DNA of 54,709 nt from Minisyncoccota bacterium (GTDB taxonomy: Bacteria > Patescibacteriota > Minisyncoccia > Phycocordibacterales > UBA6065). Of this stretch, positions 1 through 8,500 are shown piece after piece. Positions within the stretch are counted from its first letter, which is position 1. Each line of letters opens with the position of its first letter. The notes beneath the pieces were generated by a model that had not been told where the DNA came from, ran no database searches, and saw nothing but the letters and a program-made list of their open reading frames with translations. The DNA is taken from positions 1-54,709 of the forward strand of contig DASZXL010000002.1 of assembly GCA_035545915.1 (NCBI GenBank), given 5' to 3'. A program made the translations under genes and the position numbers.

Positions 1-17
1 CGGACCCTTTGGGTCCG
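1..17 (-). terminator. possible hairpin just downstream of recG stop (cggaccc-ttt-gggtccg); cut by the window edge, so no U-tract is visible
   Basis: 7-bp inverted repeat at 1-17, directly 3' of the minus-strand stop at 28-30. Confidence 0.25.
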
Positions 18-27
18 CCGCTTTTCC

Positions 28-2340
28 TTATTCGAAATGTATCCTCTGTTTCTCCCGACGTGAGAGCTCTGATGCGATGAGAGGATGGCGGGCGAGGGAC
101 TCGTCCTCTGATGCGAGGCGGAGCGCCTCTGTCCGCGCAGCCTCGACCATTTTTATATTCTGTATCGCCTCCATAGCGACGTCGGAGACGCCCCATTGCT
201 TGCGTCCGTACAATTCGCCGCTTCCGCGGAATTTGAGATCGAATTCGGCAAGCTCGAATCCATTTTTCGCCGTCGTGAGGGCCGTCAGGCGATCAATGGT
301 CTTTTCAGACTGCGTTTCGGCGAGAACGAAACAATATGCCTGATGATTGGAACGCACGACGCGGCCGCGGAGCTGATGCAATTGGGCGAGGCCGAACCTC
401 TCTGCGCCTTCTATCAGTATGACCGTCGCATTCGGCACGTTCACGCCGACTTCGACGACCGATGTGGCCACGAGGATGTGGATCGAGCCTCGCTTGAATT
501 CGAGCATGACGCGCTCTTTCTCGTCGTCTTTCATCTTGCTGTGGAGGATGTCGATCTCGTATTCCGGAAAAACCTTGTCCTGGAGGCGTTTAGCTTCTTC
601 TTTTACCGATTTGGCCTGGACGGCGCTCTCTTTCGTAGGATCCGGCTCGTCGATGCGCGGGCATATGACGTATGCCTGGCGGCCTTCGCGCAATTGGGCG
701 CGGATCTTTTCGTACGCCTCTTCGCGCTCCAGCACTTCGGCGCCGTCTTTGTTCTTTACTTTGACGCTTTTCGCGGGCACGACTATCTGCGTGATGATCG
801 GCTTTCTGCCATGGGGCATGGCATCGAGGATCGATATGTCGAGGTCTCCATATATAGTGAGCGCGAGCGTACGAGGAATCGGTGTCGCCGTCATGGAAAG
901 GAGATGAGGCTGTATGCCGTCTTTGCGTACCAATTTCGCGCGCTGGGCGGTGCCGAATCGATGCTGCTCATCAACGACGGCGTATGCGAGATTCTTGAAC
1001 TTAACCGATTTTTGGATGAGGGCGTGCGTGCCGATGAGTATCGGTATCTCGCCGTTCGCCACCCACTTCAAGAGCTGAGCGCGCGATATATCCGTCCAGT
1101 TCTGCCGTTCGCCGTTCTTAAATGAAGGGACTTTAGCCGGGAATTTCCTGCATCCTGAACCGGTGATGAGAGCGACCGATATGCCCGTATGCTCGAAATA
1201 TTGTATGAACGATTCGAAATGCTGTGCGGCGAGGATCTCCGTCGGTGCCATGTATGCGACTTGGAGGGATCCATAATCCTGGCGTTTCTGAAGCCCCGCG
1301 GCGTCTTTTTTGTCCGAGAGCGGCCGCGTATTTATGGCGGCGAATGTGGTCGTTGCGGCGACCGCGGTCTTTCCTGACCCCACGTCGCCTTCAAGGAGGC
1401 GCGCCATGGCATGGCCTTTTTTAAAATCGGCCATGATATCGGCGGTCGATTTTTTTTGAGCGTCGGTTAGAGGGAAAGGGAAGCGCGATACGAATCTATC
1501 CATCGCTTCCTGTTTCGGGTCGATGACGAAGGCGGGATTCTTCTGCCATGCCTTTCTCTCGCGCTGGCGCTCCAATTGGATAAAGAACACCTCTTCGAAT
1601 GCGAATCGCTTTCGCGCGGCGGCGGCATGATCGGCGTTCTCCGGCGTATGTATCCAGACAAGGGCTGTCCGCAAGGTCGGCAGGTTATATCGCTTGAGCA
1701 TGTCTTCGGGCAGAGGATCTTCGATCGCTTCGAGGATACCGCTTTTAAAGATCGCCTGGATCTTGTGATATATCCATTCTGACGAAAGGCCGCGCGTCTC
1801 GGGATATATAGGATAGAGCGTGTGCGCGTCGCTTCCGCTTCCGAAGAGCGAATCGCCGACGGCGGTCGGTATCTCGGTCACCTGTTCTATTTTCGGATTT
1901 GAGAGGTACAGATCGCCTTCGCCGCCCGTCTTTGCTCGTTTCTGCGACACCTTGCCTTCGACTCGGACCAAGGCGCCGTCTGGGATCATTTTGGCGAGAT
2001 ACGGCTGATTGAACCAGATAGCTTTGATCTTTCCTGTGCCGTCATCAATGACGCCGTCGGCCATGGCGATCTTCGTCCTGAATCCTTTGGATGTTCTGAG
2101 TTTCGACACGCTGCCGAAAATGAGGGCGGTATCACCCTTGCGGAGAGTCGCGATATTCCTCGATTCAGCCGTGTCGCCATAGCGGCCGGGGAAGTGATAA
2201 AGCAGATCTTCGATAGTGCGGATGCCGATGCGCGACAAAGCCGCTCTGATCGTGCTTTGCAGGCGAAAATGCTCTTCGAGAGAGTGGCTTAAATTCACGG
2301 GGTAATTGTATAGGGCGTAGAGATGAAACAAAAGTGGCAA
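28..2340 (-). CDS. recG: ATP-dependent DNA helicase RecG
   Basis: 770-aa ORF. Walker A LLEGDVGSGKTAVA, DEQH box AVVDEQHRFG, MTATPIPRTL, motif VI LHQLRGRVVRS. N-terminal OB/wedge-like region. Confidence 0.93.
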   Translation of the reverse strand: MPLLFHLYALYNYPVNLSHSLEEHFRLQSTIRAALSRIGIRTIEDLLYHFPGRYGDTAESRNIATLRKGDTALIFGSVSKLRTSKGFRTKIAMADGVIDDGTGKIKAIWFNQPYLAKMIPDGALVRVEGKVSQKRAKTGGEGDLYLSNPKIEQVTEIPTAVGDSLFGSGSDAHTLYPIYPETRGLSSEWIYHKIQAIFKSGILEAIEDPLPEDMLKRYNLPTLRTALVWIHTPENADHAAAARKRFAFEEVFFIQLERQRERKAWQKNPAFVIDPKQEAMDRFVSRFPFPLTDAQKKSTADIMADFKKGHAMARLLEGDVGSGKTAVAATTTFAAINTRPLSDKKDAAGLQKRQDYGSLQVAYMAPTEILAAQHFESFIQYFEHTGISVALITGSGCRKFPAKVPSFKNGERQNWTDISRAQLLKWVANGEIPILIGTHALIQKSVKFKNLAYAVVDEQHRFGTAQRAKLVRKDGIQPHLLSMTATPIPRTLALTIYGDLDISILDAMPHGRKPIITQIVVPAKSVKVKNKDGAEVLEREEAYEKIRAQLREGRQAYVICPRIDEPDPTKESAVQAKSVKEEAKRLQDKVFPEYEIDILHSKMKDDEKERVMLEFKRGSIHILVATSVVEVGVNVPNATVILIEGAERFGLAQLHQLRGRVVRSNHQAYCFVLAETQSEKTIDRLTALTTAKNGFELAEFDLKFRGSGELYGRKQWGVSDVAMEAIQNIKMVEAARTEALRLASEDESLARHPLIASELSRREKQRIHFE

Positions 2341-2385
2341 AAGAGCCGCAGAGCGGCTTTTTATCGTTACATGATCGTCTCCGTT

Positions 2386-2643
2386 TTAGTAAGAGGTCGA
2401 CGTTCCGCCAGGACTTCCCGGACACTGCGCAAACTGGCAGTCGGGGCCGATGCGGCCGACATAGCTGCCGTCGGGGCAGAGCTTTGCGTCCATCGTGCAG
2501 ACGACCTGGTCCGATTGACCCGGCGCGTTACTGGGGCCGACGCTCGCATAATATGCCCAGACGCCTCCGCCTATGATGAGCAGCGCTATGACGACTATGA
2601 TCGCGGTTTTCATACTGCGGATATTACGCGCCGTATTTTCCAT
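2386..2643 (-). CDS. small membrane-anchored or secreted Cys-rich protein (hypothetical)
   Basis: 85-aa ORF. N-terminal TM/signal KTAIIVVIALLIIGGGVWAYY, then a 4-Cys module VVCTMDAKLCPDGSYVGRIGPDCQFAQCPG. An alternative start at 2613 (MKTAII) would remove the 20-nt overlap with the upstream gene. Confidence 0.6.
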   Translation of the reverse strand: MENTARNIRSMKTAIIVVIALLIIGGGVWAYYASVGPSNAPGQSDQVVCTMDAKLCPDGSYVGRIGPDCQFAQCPGSPGGTSTSY

Positions 2644-3436
2644 ATGTTTCTCTCATAAAGCCCTCTCGGACCAGAGCATTGATATTTTTTTCGATGTCGT
2701 GGGGCGTCTTCCCGATAGACGATGCTATGTGCCTCTTGATATCGCCCTTGGTCCGGGCTCCGCCGAGGACATACCGCACGATCGCCGCGCGGAGCTCGCG
2801 ATTCGAGCCCTTGAATGCCGATTGTTTGGCGTGATGCCTGCTCTGGCGCGAAGGATTGGGAAGCGTCTGTTTCAAATGGACTCCGTAATCCATGAGGGCG
2901 TAATACCACGACCGGGGGTCTTTCTGGTCGAGCGTATCCTCGATGAGAGGGAGAAGCTTTTTATCAGACACATCCTTTTTATCCTTAAAGAATGAATGGA
3001 GATACACGGCGCGGATATTCGTCTCAATGAATGCGGTCGGTATGCCGAAGGCGAATGCCAGAAGAGCGCCGCGGGTCGATTGGCCGATGCCGGGAAGGGA
3101 TTCGAGCGCGACCTCGGTGCGGGGGAAGACGCCCTTGTGATCGCGGACGATCGATTCAGCCGCGCGCTTCAAGAGAAGTGCGCGGCGATTATAGCCCAAG
3201 CCCTGCCAGACCCTCAGAACATCCGCCGTCTGCGAGTCGGCAAGAGCCTCGACATCGGGAAATGCCCTCAAAAATTCATCGTATTTCGCGAGGACCCGCG
3301 ATACCTGCGTCTGCTGGAGCATGACCTCGGATACCAATATGCGATAGGGGTCGCGTGTATTCCTCCAGGGCAGATCGTGCCTGCCGCTCTTGTTCCAGTA
3401 GTCCCAGACCAGCTTTTTAAACCTTTCGCGATTCAC
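2624..3436 (-). CDS. HhH-GPD DNA glycosylase, MutY-like (A/G-specific adenine glycosylase family), atypical
   Basis: 270 aa. LPWRNTRDPYRILVSEVMLQQTQVSRV, WQGLGYNRRA and LPGIGQSTRGALLAFAFG match the MutY N-terminal core. No cysteine anywhere in the protein, and no NUDIX-like C-terminal domain. Confidence 0.8.
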   Translation of the reverse strand: MNRERFKKLVWDYWNKSGRHDLPWRNTRDPYRILVSEVMLQQTQVSRVLAKYDEFLRAFPDVEALADSQTADVLRVWQGLGYNRRALLLKRAAESIVRDHKGVFPRTEVALESLPGIGQSTRGALLAFAFGIPTAFIETNIRAVYLHSFFKDKKDVSDKKLLPLIEDTLDQKDPRSWYYALMDYGVHLKQTLPNPSRQSRHHAKQSAFKGSNRELRAAIVRYVLGGARTKGDIKRHIASSIGKTPHDIEKNINALVREGFMRETYGKYGA

Positions 3437-3473
3437 GTTCGTACTATATCATTAGACGGCTTTCACAAAGAAT

Positions 3474-4247
3474 ATGATCAAAGTAAACGCTCTCAGCAAA
3501 AAATTCGGAGACTTCACCGCGGTAGACGGCATATCCTTCGACGTGGCGGCCGGCGAGATATTCGCATTCCTCGGTCCTAACGGCGCAGGCAAATCGACGA
3601 CGATAAAGATACTCACGACGCTCCTTCAGCCGACTTCGGGCGAAGTCTTGATAAATGGCCAAGATCCCGTCCATCATCCCGATCTCGTGCGTCGATCATT
3701 CGGCATTGTCTTTCAGGACCCGTCGACCGATGACGACCTCACGGCATGGGAGAACATGGATCTCCACGGCATTCTCTATGATGTTCCCGACAGCTCTCGC
3801 CATGCGCGCATCGAAGAATTGCTCAAACTCGTCGATCTCTATGACAGGAAGGACAGCCCGGTCAAGGAATTCTCCGGCGGCATGAAGCGCAGGCTCGAGA
3901 TCGCCCGCGGTTTCCTCCATCATCCGAAGATCATCTTCCTCGACGAGCCGACGCTCGGCCTCGATCCTCAGACTCGCAATCATATGTGGACCTACCTCCG
4001 TGAGCTCAATAAAACGGAGGGTACCACGATCTTCTTTACCACCCACTATATGGAGGAGGCCGACCGCGCCGCTCAGAGGATCGCCGTCATCGACCATGGC
4101 AAGATCATCGCGACCGGCACCTCGGATGAATTGAAGAGGCAGACGGGCAAGGAATCCCTCGAAGACGCGTTCCTCGCTCTCACGGGTCACGCTATCCGTG
4201 AGGACGCCGCGCAGAATACGTTCCACGCCGCTATGCGCCGCCGCTAA
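3474..4247 (+). CDS. ABC transporter ATP-binding protein (ABC-2/DrrA-like exporter)
   Basis: Walker A GPNGAGKST, signature FSGGMKRRLE, Walker B IIFLDEPT. Confidence 0.9.
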   Translation: MIKVNALSKKFGDFTAVDGISFDVAAGEIFAFLGPNGAGKSTTIKILTTLLQPTSGEVLINGQDPVHHPDLVRRSFGIVFQDPSTDDDLTAWENMDLHGILYDVPDSSRHARIEELLKLVDLYDRKDSPVKEFSGGMKRRLEIARGFLHHPKIIFLDEPTLGLDPQTRNHMWTYLRELNKTEGTTIFFTTHYMEEADRAAQRIAVIDHGKIIATGTSDELKRQTGKESLEDAFLALTGHAIREDAAQNTFHAAMRRR

Positions 4248-4266
4248 TCTCCCGCCAATCACACAT

Positions 4267-5013
4267 ATGAAAAAGATATATATATTCTGGCTCCGACAGA
4301 TAAAGAAATATTTGAGGGTGAAGGCGCGCATCGCAGGCTCGCTCTTTCAGCCGATCCTTTATATGATCGCTATGGGCTATGGCCTCGGCTCGGTGTTCCA
4401 GCAGGCGGGGCAGGGCAATTACATCGAATTCCTCGTACCCGGGATCATCGGCATGAACATCATATTCTCGAGCATGTTCTCGGGCATGGAGGTCATATGG
4501 GATCGCCAGTTCGGCTTCCTCAAGGAGACCTTGGTCGCGCCGATGCCGCGATTCAACATCATGCTCGGGAGGACCTTGGGCACCGCGACCATATGCGCGA
4601 CGCAGGGCCTCGTCGTCCTCCTTCTCGCCACGCTCATCGGCTTCCGCATGGAGAATTGGCTCATGATCGTGCCGGCATACCTCGTCATGTTCGTCATATC
4701 GATGCTCTTCACGTCGCTTTCGACCATGATCGGCTCGATATTGAAAGACATGCAGGGATTCCAGGCCGTCATGAACTTCCTCATCATGCCGCTCTTCCTC
4801 CTTTCGGGCGCCATGTTCCCGCTCGATAACCTGCCGAAATTCCTTTCGGTCCTGACGTCGGTCGATCCGCTCTCATACGGTATCGACGCGATGCGCGCCG
4901 TTCTCATAAATCAGAGCCATTTCAGCCTCGGGCTCGATAGCGCGGTCCTCGTCGCGCTCTCGCTCGTCTTCCTGTTCCTCGGAGGCCATTATTTCAAGAA
5001 GATACAGATATAG
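4267..5013 (+). CDS. ABC-2 type transporter permease
   Basis: 248-aa multi-pass membrane protein directly after the ATPase. Start moved to ATG 4267 (MKKIYIFWLRQ); the tracked ORF start at 4198 lies inside the ATPase gene. Confidence 0.85.
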   Translation: MKKIYIFWLRQIKKYLRVKARIAGSLFQPILYMIAMGYGLGSVFQQAGQGNYIEFLVPGIIGMNIIFSSMFSGMEVIWDRQFGFLKETLVAPMPRFNIMLGRTLGTATICATQGLVVLLLATLIGFRMENWLMIVPAYLVMFVISMLFTSLSTMIGSILKDMQGFQAVMNFLIMPLFLLSGAMFPLDNLPKFLSVLTSVDPLSYGIDAMRAVLINQSHFSLGLDSAVLVALSLVFLFLGGHYFKKIQI

Positions 5014-5035
5014 CAGAGGGATCGGAGAGGTAGAG

Positions 5036-5064
5036 AAAAGCCCCGCGCATACGCGCGGGGCTTT
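5036..5064. terminator. bidirectional intrinsic terminator between convergent genes
   Basis: aaaa-gccccgcgc-atac-gcgcggggc-ttt: 9-bp GC stem flanked by an A-tract and a T-tract. Confidence 0.7.
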
Positions 5065-5072
5065 GCATAGGT

Positions 5073-5582
5073 TCAGCCGCTCGCTTCCGTGAAAAGCCGG
5101 ACCTGGATACGGATGAAATCCTGGACGAGGATGAACATCGCCTCAGAGGGCTTTTTTACGGGGTCGCCGAGGGCGAGATACGGACCGATACGGATGAATT
5201 TTCCTGAGGCTCCGGCATCTGCCCTGATCCCTTGGGCAAAAGGGCTCGGCATAGACATGCGATGGTCGAATGCCAGGATGAGCTCGCCGCGAGAATAGCG
5301 GTCCTCTTTTTCGAAGAGCGGCTCTTTGTCGGGCTCCGGTTTGAAGACCTTGGCGAAGATCTTTCGCCTCACGAGCCAGGAGCCGTTGTCGCCCTTAGCG
5401 ATGATGGCATGCGCAGAAGCCATGTGATGATCCGGCTCCCGTTCGCCGGTGCTGTAGACGAGACGGCCGTGAAGGGTGTCGCGGCTATTCGGCCGGTACA
5501 CCGACTCGCCGATGACGTTCCACCAGTCGGGAGCGCCGCGGCTCAGGATAATTCTGTTTTCGGGGGATTGTATGGTGTGCAT
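5073..5582 (-). CDS. hypothetical cytoplasmic protein
   Basis: 169-aa ORF. No TM segment and no motif I recognise. Bounded by the terminator and the tRNA-Ser promoter region. Confidence 0.5.
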   Translation of the reverse strand: MHTIQSPENRIILSRGAPDWWNVIGESVYRPNSRDTLHGRLVYSTGEREPDHHMASAHAIIAKGDNGSWLVRRKIFAKVFKPEPDKEPLFEKEDRYSRGELILAFDHRMSMPSPFAQGIRADAGASGKFIRIGPYLALGDPVKKPSEAMFILVQDFIRIQVRLFTEASG

Positions 5583-5672
5583 AAAGTTTCTACCCTGACC
5601 CTATCAAACGAAACCTCTTTTTTCAAATATCATAGAAAAGAGAGCGACGATGTGATATTGTCTCTTCACAAC

Positions 5673-5761
5673 GGAGACGTGGCAGAGTGGTCGAATGCGG
5701 CACCTTGCTAAGGTGTTAACCGGGTAAAACTGGTTCCAGGGTTCGAATCCCTGCGTCTCCG
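5673..5761 (+). tRNA. tRNA-Ser (anticodon GCT)
   Basis: Acceptor GGAGACG/CGTCTCC, anticodon loop TTGCTAA, long variable arm, T-loop GGTTCGAATCC, discriminator G. CCA is not encoded. A TGaTATTGT extended -10-like box lies at 5653-5661. Confidence 0.9.
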
Positions 5762-5763
5762 CC

Positions 5764-5964
5764 GTGAAAAATAGATTCATAGATTATTGGAACAGCCATC
5801 CGAAATCTAAGAAGATCGTCGGCTTTGTCTGTGTGGTCATAGGCATCGTCTCCGTCCTGACGCCTTTTACGCCGTTCGGCTTCATCGGCCTTTTGGGTCT
5901 AGAGCTTCTCGGCCTCAGAGAGAAGGTATGGAAAAAGCTCAAGCCTCGGCTCAAGAAGAGTTAG
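5764..5964 (+). CDS. small membrane protein (hypothetical), GTG start
   Basis: 66 aa. Hydrophobic core IVGFVCVVIGIVSVLTPFTPFGFIGLLGLELLGL and a Lys-rich tail. Starts 3 nt after the tRNA, so the start is uncertain. Confidence 0.4.
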   Translation: MKNRFIDYWNSHPKSKKIVGFVCVVIGIVSVLTPFTPFGFIGLLGLELLGLREKVWKKLKPRLKKS

Positions 5965-5973
5965 AATAGAGAT

Positions 5974-6789
5974 ATGAAAGACGTCCCCGATAAAAAGATC
6001 TGGTTCAGGCGAAAGCTCTATGGATGGGGATGGACGCCCGTCGCGTGGCAGGGCTGGGCAGTCATGGGCGGATTCGCTGCCGTCCTTGTCGCGCTGTCGT
6101 TTTCACTTGATAAAAATTCTTCGCCGAAGGAGATCGCTTTCATGTTCCTTCTTCCGGCCGCGGTACTCACGGCGAGTCTCATATGTATCGCATACAAGAC
6201 GGGCGAGAGGCCGCGCTGGCAATGGGGATACCAAAAGCCGTTCGTCATCGCCGAAGTGAAGACCCGATCTCCGTTCGGCTTTACGTCTGAGAAGAGCTGG
6301 GACGATCTCTTCGCTATTGCCCTCCAGACGGGCGATATGATATCGATCCACACCGATCCGCGATGGGGAGGGTCGCTCGACCTCGTGCGGAAGGCGCGGT
6401 CGCTCACGCGAAAGCCCATTCTCGCCAAAGGCATACATGCGAACGACAAAGACATCGAAGACGCGCTGGCCGCGGGCGCAGACAAGGTCCTTGTCGTCGG
6501 CCGCGTGCCGAAGATCCACGCCGACAAATGTCTGGTCGAGCCGAATACGATAGCGGAATTGAAGGCTTTGCCTCGCGGAATCAAAGCGGTATGGAATTCG
6601 CGCGATCTCTCGTCGGGCGGGCTCAAATCAGAGACATTCGCCGAGGCGCGCACGGCGTTCCGGGGGTGGCTCTGCCAGGCGAGCAATATCCGGACGATGG
6701 ACGATGTCCATCCTGATGCCGATGCGGTGCTCGTGGGCACGCATATAGAAGAATTCGCGGCTTCGCGTCCTACCCGCTGCGGCGCTTGA
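5974..6789 (+). CDS. membrane-anchored indole-3-glycerol-phosphate synthase (TrpC)-like TIM-barrel protein
   Basis: The N-terminal ~85 aa carry 2 predicted TM segments. The rest has IGPS-like motifs: FVIAEVKTRSPFG, ISIHTDPRWGGS, PILAKGI, GADKVLVVG, VWNSRDL, DAVLVGTHI. Confidence 0.7.
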   Translation: MKDVPDKKIWFRRKLYGWGWTPVAWQGWAVMGGFAAVLVALSFSLDKNSSPKEIAFMFLLPAAVLTASLICIAYKTGERPRWQWGYQKPFVIAEVKTRSPFGFTSEKSWDDLFAIALQTGDMISIHTDPRWGGSLDLVRKARSLTRKPILAKGIHANDKDIEDALAAGADKVLVVGRVPKIHADKCLVEPNTIAELKALPRGIKAVWNSRDLSSGGLKSETFAEARTAFRGWLCQASNIRTMDDVHPDADAVLVGTHIEEFAASRPTRCGA

Positions 6790-6801
6790 TATAATCGAGT
6801 C

Positions 6802-7710
6802 ATGCGATACGTCAAAAATATCCTCATGCTCGTCATCGCCGGAGCGCTCTTCGGCGTATCATACGCGCTTTTAACTCAGAAGCCGTGCGGAGAGCCTCTC
6901 ACATATCGCATCGGAGAGTTCGACGCCAAGTTCGGCGTCTCCAAACAAGAATTCCTCGCCGATATAGCCGCGGCAGAAGCCGTATGGGAAAAAGCCTATG
7001 CAGAGGAAGGCGGCAAAGGCACGCTCTTTAGATACGACGAGAACGGAAGTCTGCCCGTGAATCTCATATATGATTCGCGCCAAGCCACGGTCGATAAGAA
7101 CAAGGTCCTTTCGGACAAAGTCGATGATACCGTCGCATCGGCGAATACGATAAAGGCGCAGTTCGACGAGCTCAAAAGCGAATATGAGTCGGATAAGAGA
7201 GAGTACGCATCGCTTTCCGCCCAATATGAGTCGGATCTCGCGGCATATAATAGAGAAGTCTCCGGATGGAACGTCCGAGGCGGCGCTCCGAGGGCCGAAT
7301 ACGACAGGATGGAACAGGAAAAGGCCGCGCTCGAATCTCTACGCACGGCGGTGAATGCAAAAGCCGATGATTTAAATAGTCGTGGCGCACAGATCAACGC
7401 TCTCATCGACCGCTATAACTGGCTCGTCGATTCGGCGAATTCCGTCGTCGACAAGATAAATCAATCGGCCGAAAAGGAATTCGAGGAGGGCGACTATGTG
7501 TCCGATGACAAGGGCCAGCGCATCAACGTCTATGAATTCGACGGCAAGACGCGATTAGTGCGCCTCCTCGCGCATGAGCTCGGTCATGCTTTGGGCATGG
7601 ACCATACTCAGGGTCCTGAATCGATCATGTACTATCTGAATAAGAGCACGTCTCTTGTACCTTCTGCAGATGACCTCGCCGCGTTGAAGGCCGTTTGCCA
7701 AATTAAATGA
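6802..7710 (+). CDS. membrane-anchored matrixin-like (M10) zinc metalloprotease with coiled-coil linker
   Basis: N-terminal TM segment, a long coiled-coil-like region, and a C-terminal HELGHALGMDH zinc motif followed by a Met-turn-like SIMYY. Confidence 0.8.
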   Translation: MRYVKNILMLVIAGALFGVSYALLTQKPCGEPLTYRIGEFDAKFGVSKQEFLADIAAAEAVWEKAYAEEGGKGTLFRYDENGSLPVNLIYDSRQATVDKNKVLSDKVDDTVASANTIKAQFDELKSEYESDKREYASLSAQYESDLAAYNREVSGWNVRGGAPRAEYDRMEQEKAALESLRTAVNAKADDLNSRGAQINALIDRYNWLVDSANSVVDKINQSAEKEFEEGDYVSDDKGQRINVYEFDGKTRLVRLLAHELGHALGMDHTQGPESIMYYLNKSTSLVPSADDLAALKAVCQIK

Positions 7711-7735
7711 TCGGACTTCCGCGGGTCGTCCTGAG

Positions 7736-8437
7736 CTAACGCCCGAATGCAACGAGAATCACATTCGCGGCGCCTACGTCCTGAAGGGCGCGACGCGCTT
7801 CATCGAGCGTCGCGCCGGTGGTGACTATGTCGTCGAATACGACGACGATCCGATTTTTCACGATCTTCGGATCGGATACGGCGAATGTGCCGCGAACGTT
7901 CGCGAATCTCTCTGCTCGATCCTTGCCGACTTGGTCGGCGGTGTCTTTAGTTTTGATGAGGATGTCTTTTCGTATTTCGAAACGCTTTTCCGTATCCGCC
8001 TGCGACAATCCGTCGGCCATGAGATCGCATTGATTCCAGCCTCGCTCGCGCCGCTTTTTCCGGGTGATCGCGGTAGGGAGGACGAGCGGTCGCAGGGCGG
8101 GATCGCGGGGAACAGGGGCGGTATCTCTATCAGTCGTCATATCCACTGCCATACCCGCGAGCGCGTCGAATAAAATCTTGCCTAAGAGGTCTGCGACGCG
8201 GCGATTCGGATGCGTCTTGAGCTCGATGAGTGCCGTTTTCGCCAAGGGCGATCGATAGGGAAAGAGCGAGACGATGCCGTTCTGCTCATATGTCTTTGTG
8301 CCCACGTTTTTCAGAAAATCGGCGGGATCCATCTGTTCGATCGTCGTGATATCCGGGTCGGCGGGAGCGACTACATTCGTGAGCAGTATGAGAAATCGTC
8401 GGATGTAATGATCGAGGACCCGCATATGACCGAGCAT
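7736..8437 (-). CDS. comF: ComF family phosphoribosyltransferase-domain protein (competence)
   Basis: C-terminal PRTase motif IVVVFDDIVTTGATLDE. The N-terminal CxxC zinc finger is absent. Divergent from the pilus operon. Confidence 0.78.
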   Translation of the reverse strand: MLGHMRVLDHYIRRFLILLTNVVAPADPDITTIEQMDPADFLKNVGTKTYEQNGIVSLFPYRSPLAKTALIELKTHPNRRVADLLGKILFDALAGMAVDMTTDRDTAPVPRDPALRPLVLPTAITRKKRRERGWNQCDLMADGLSQADTEKRFEIRKDILIKTKDTADQVGKDRAERFANVRGTFAVSDPKIVKNRIVVVFDDIVTTGATLDEARRALQDVGAANVILVAFGR

Positions 8438-8500
8438 ACGCCGAAAGCCTGAATATATGATGAAGAATTGTTCGTGCCGCGCGTGCTATAATCGAATCGT

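Noticed and set aside
4198-4266. Tracked upstream starts for the ABC-2 permease (4198), pilin 2 (16257), pilD (17071), gatC (27182) and the small protein at 31199
   Set aside because: Each extension overlaps the preceding gene or a terminator and adds non-homologous, Arg-rich sequence. Internal ATGs give canonical N-termini (prepilin motif, MEYVPLF, MISREDIV).
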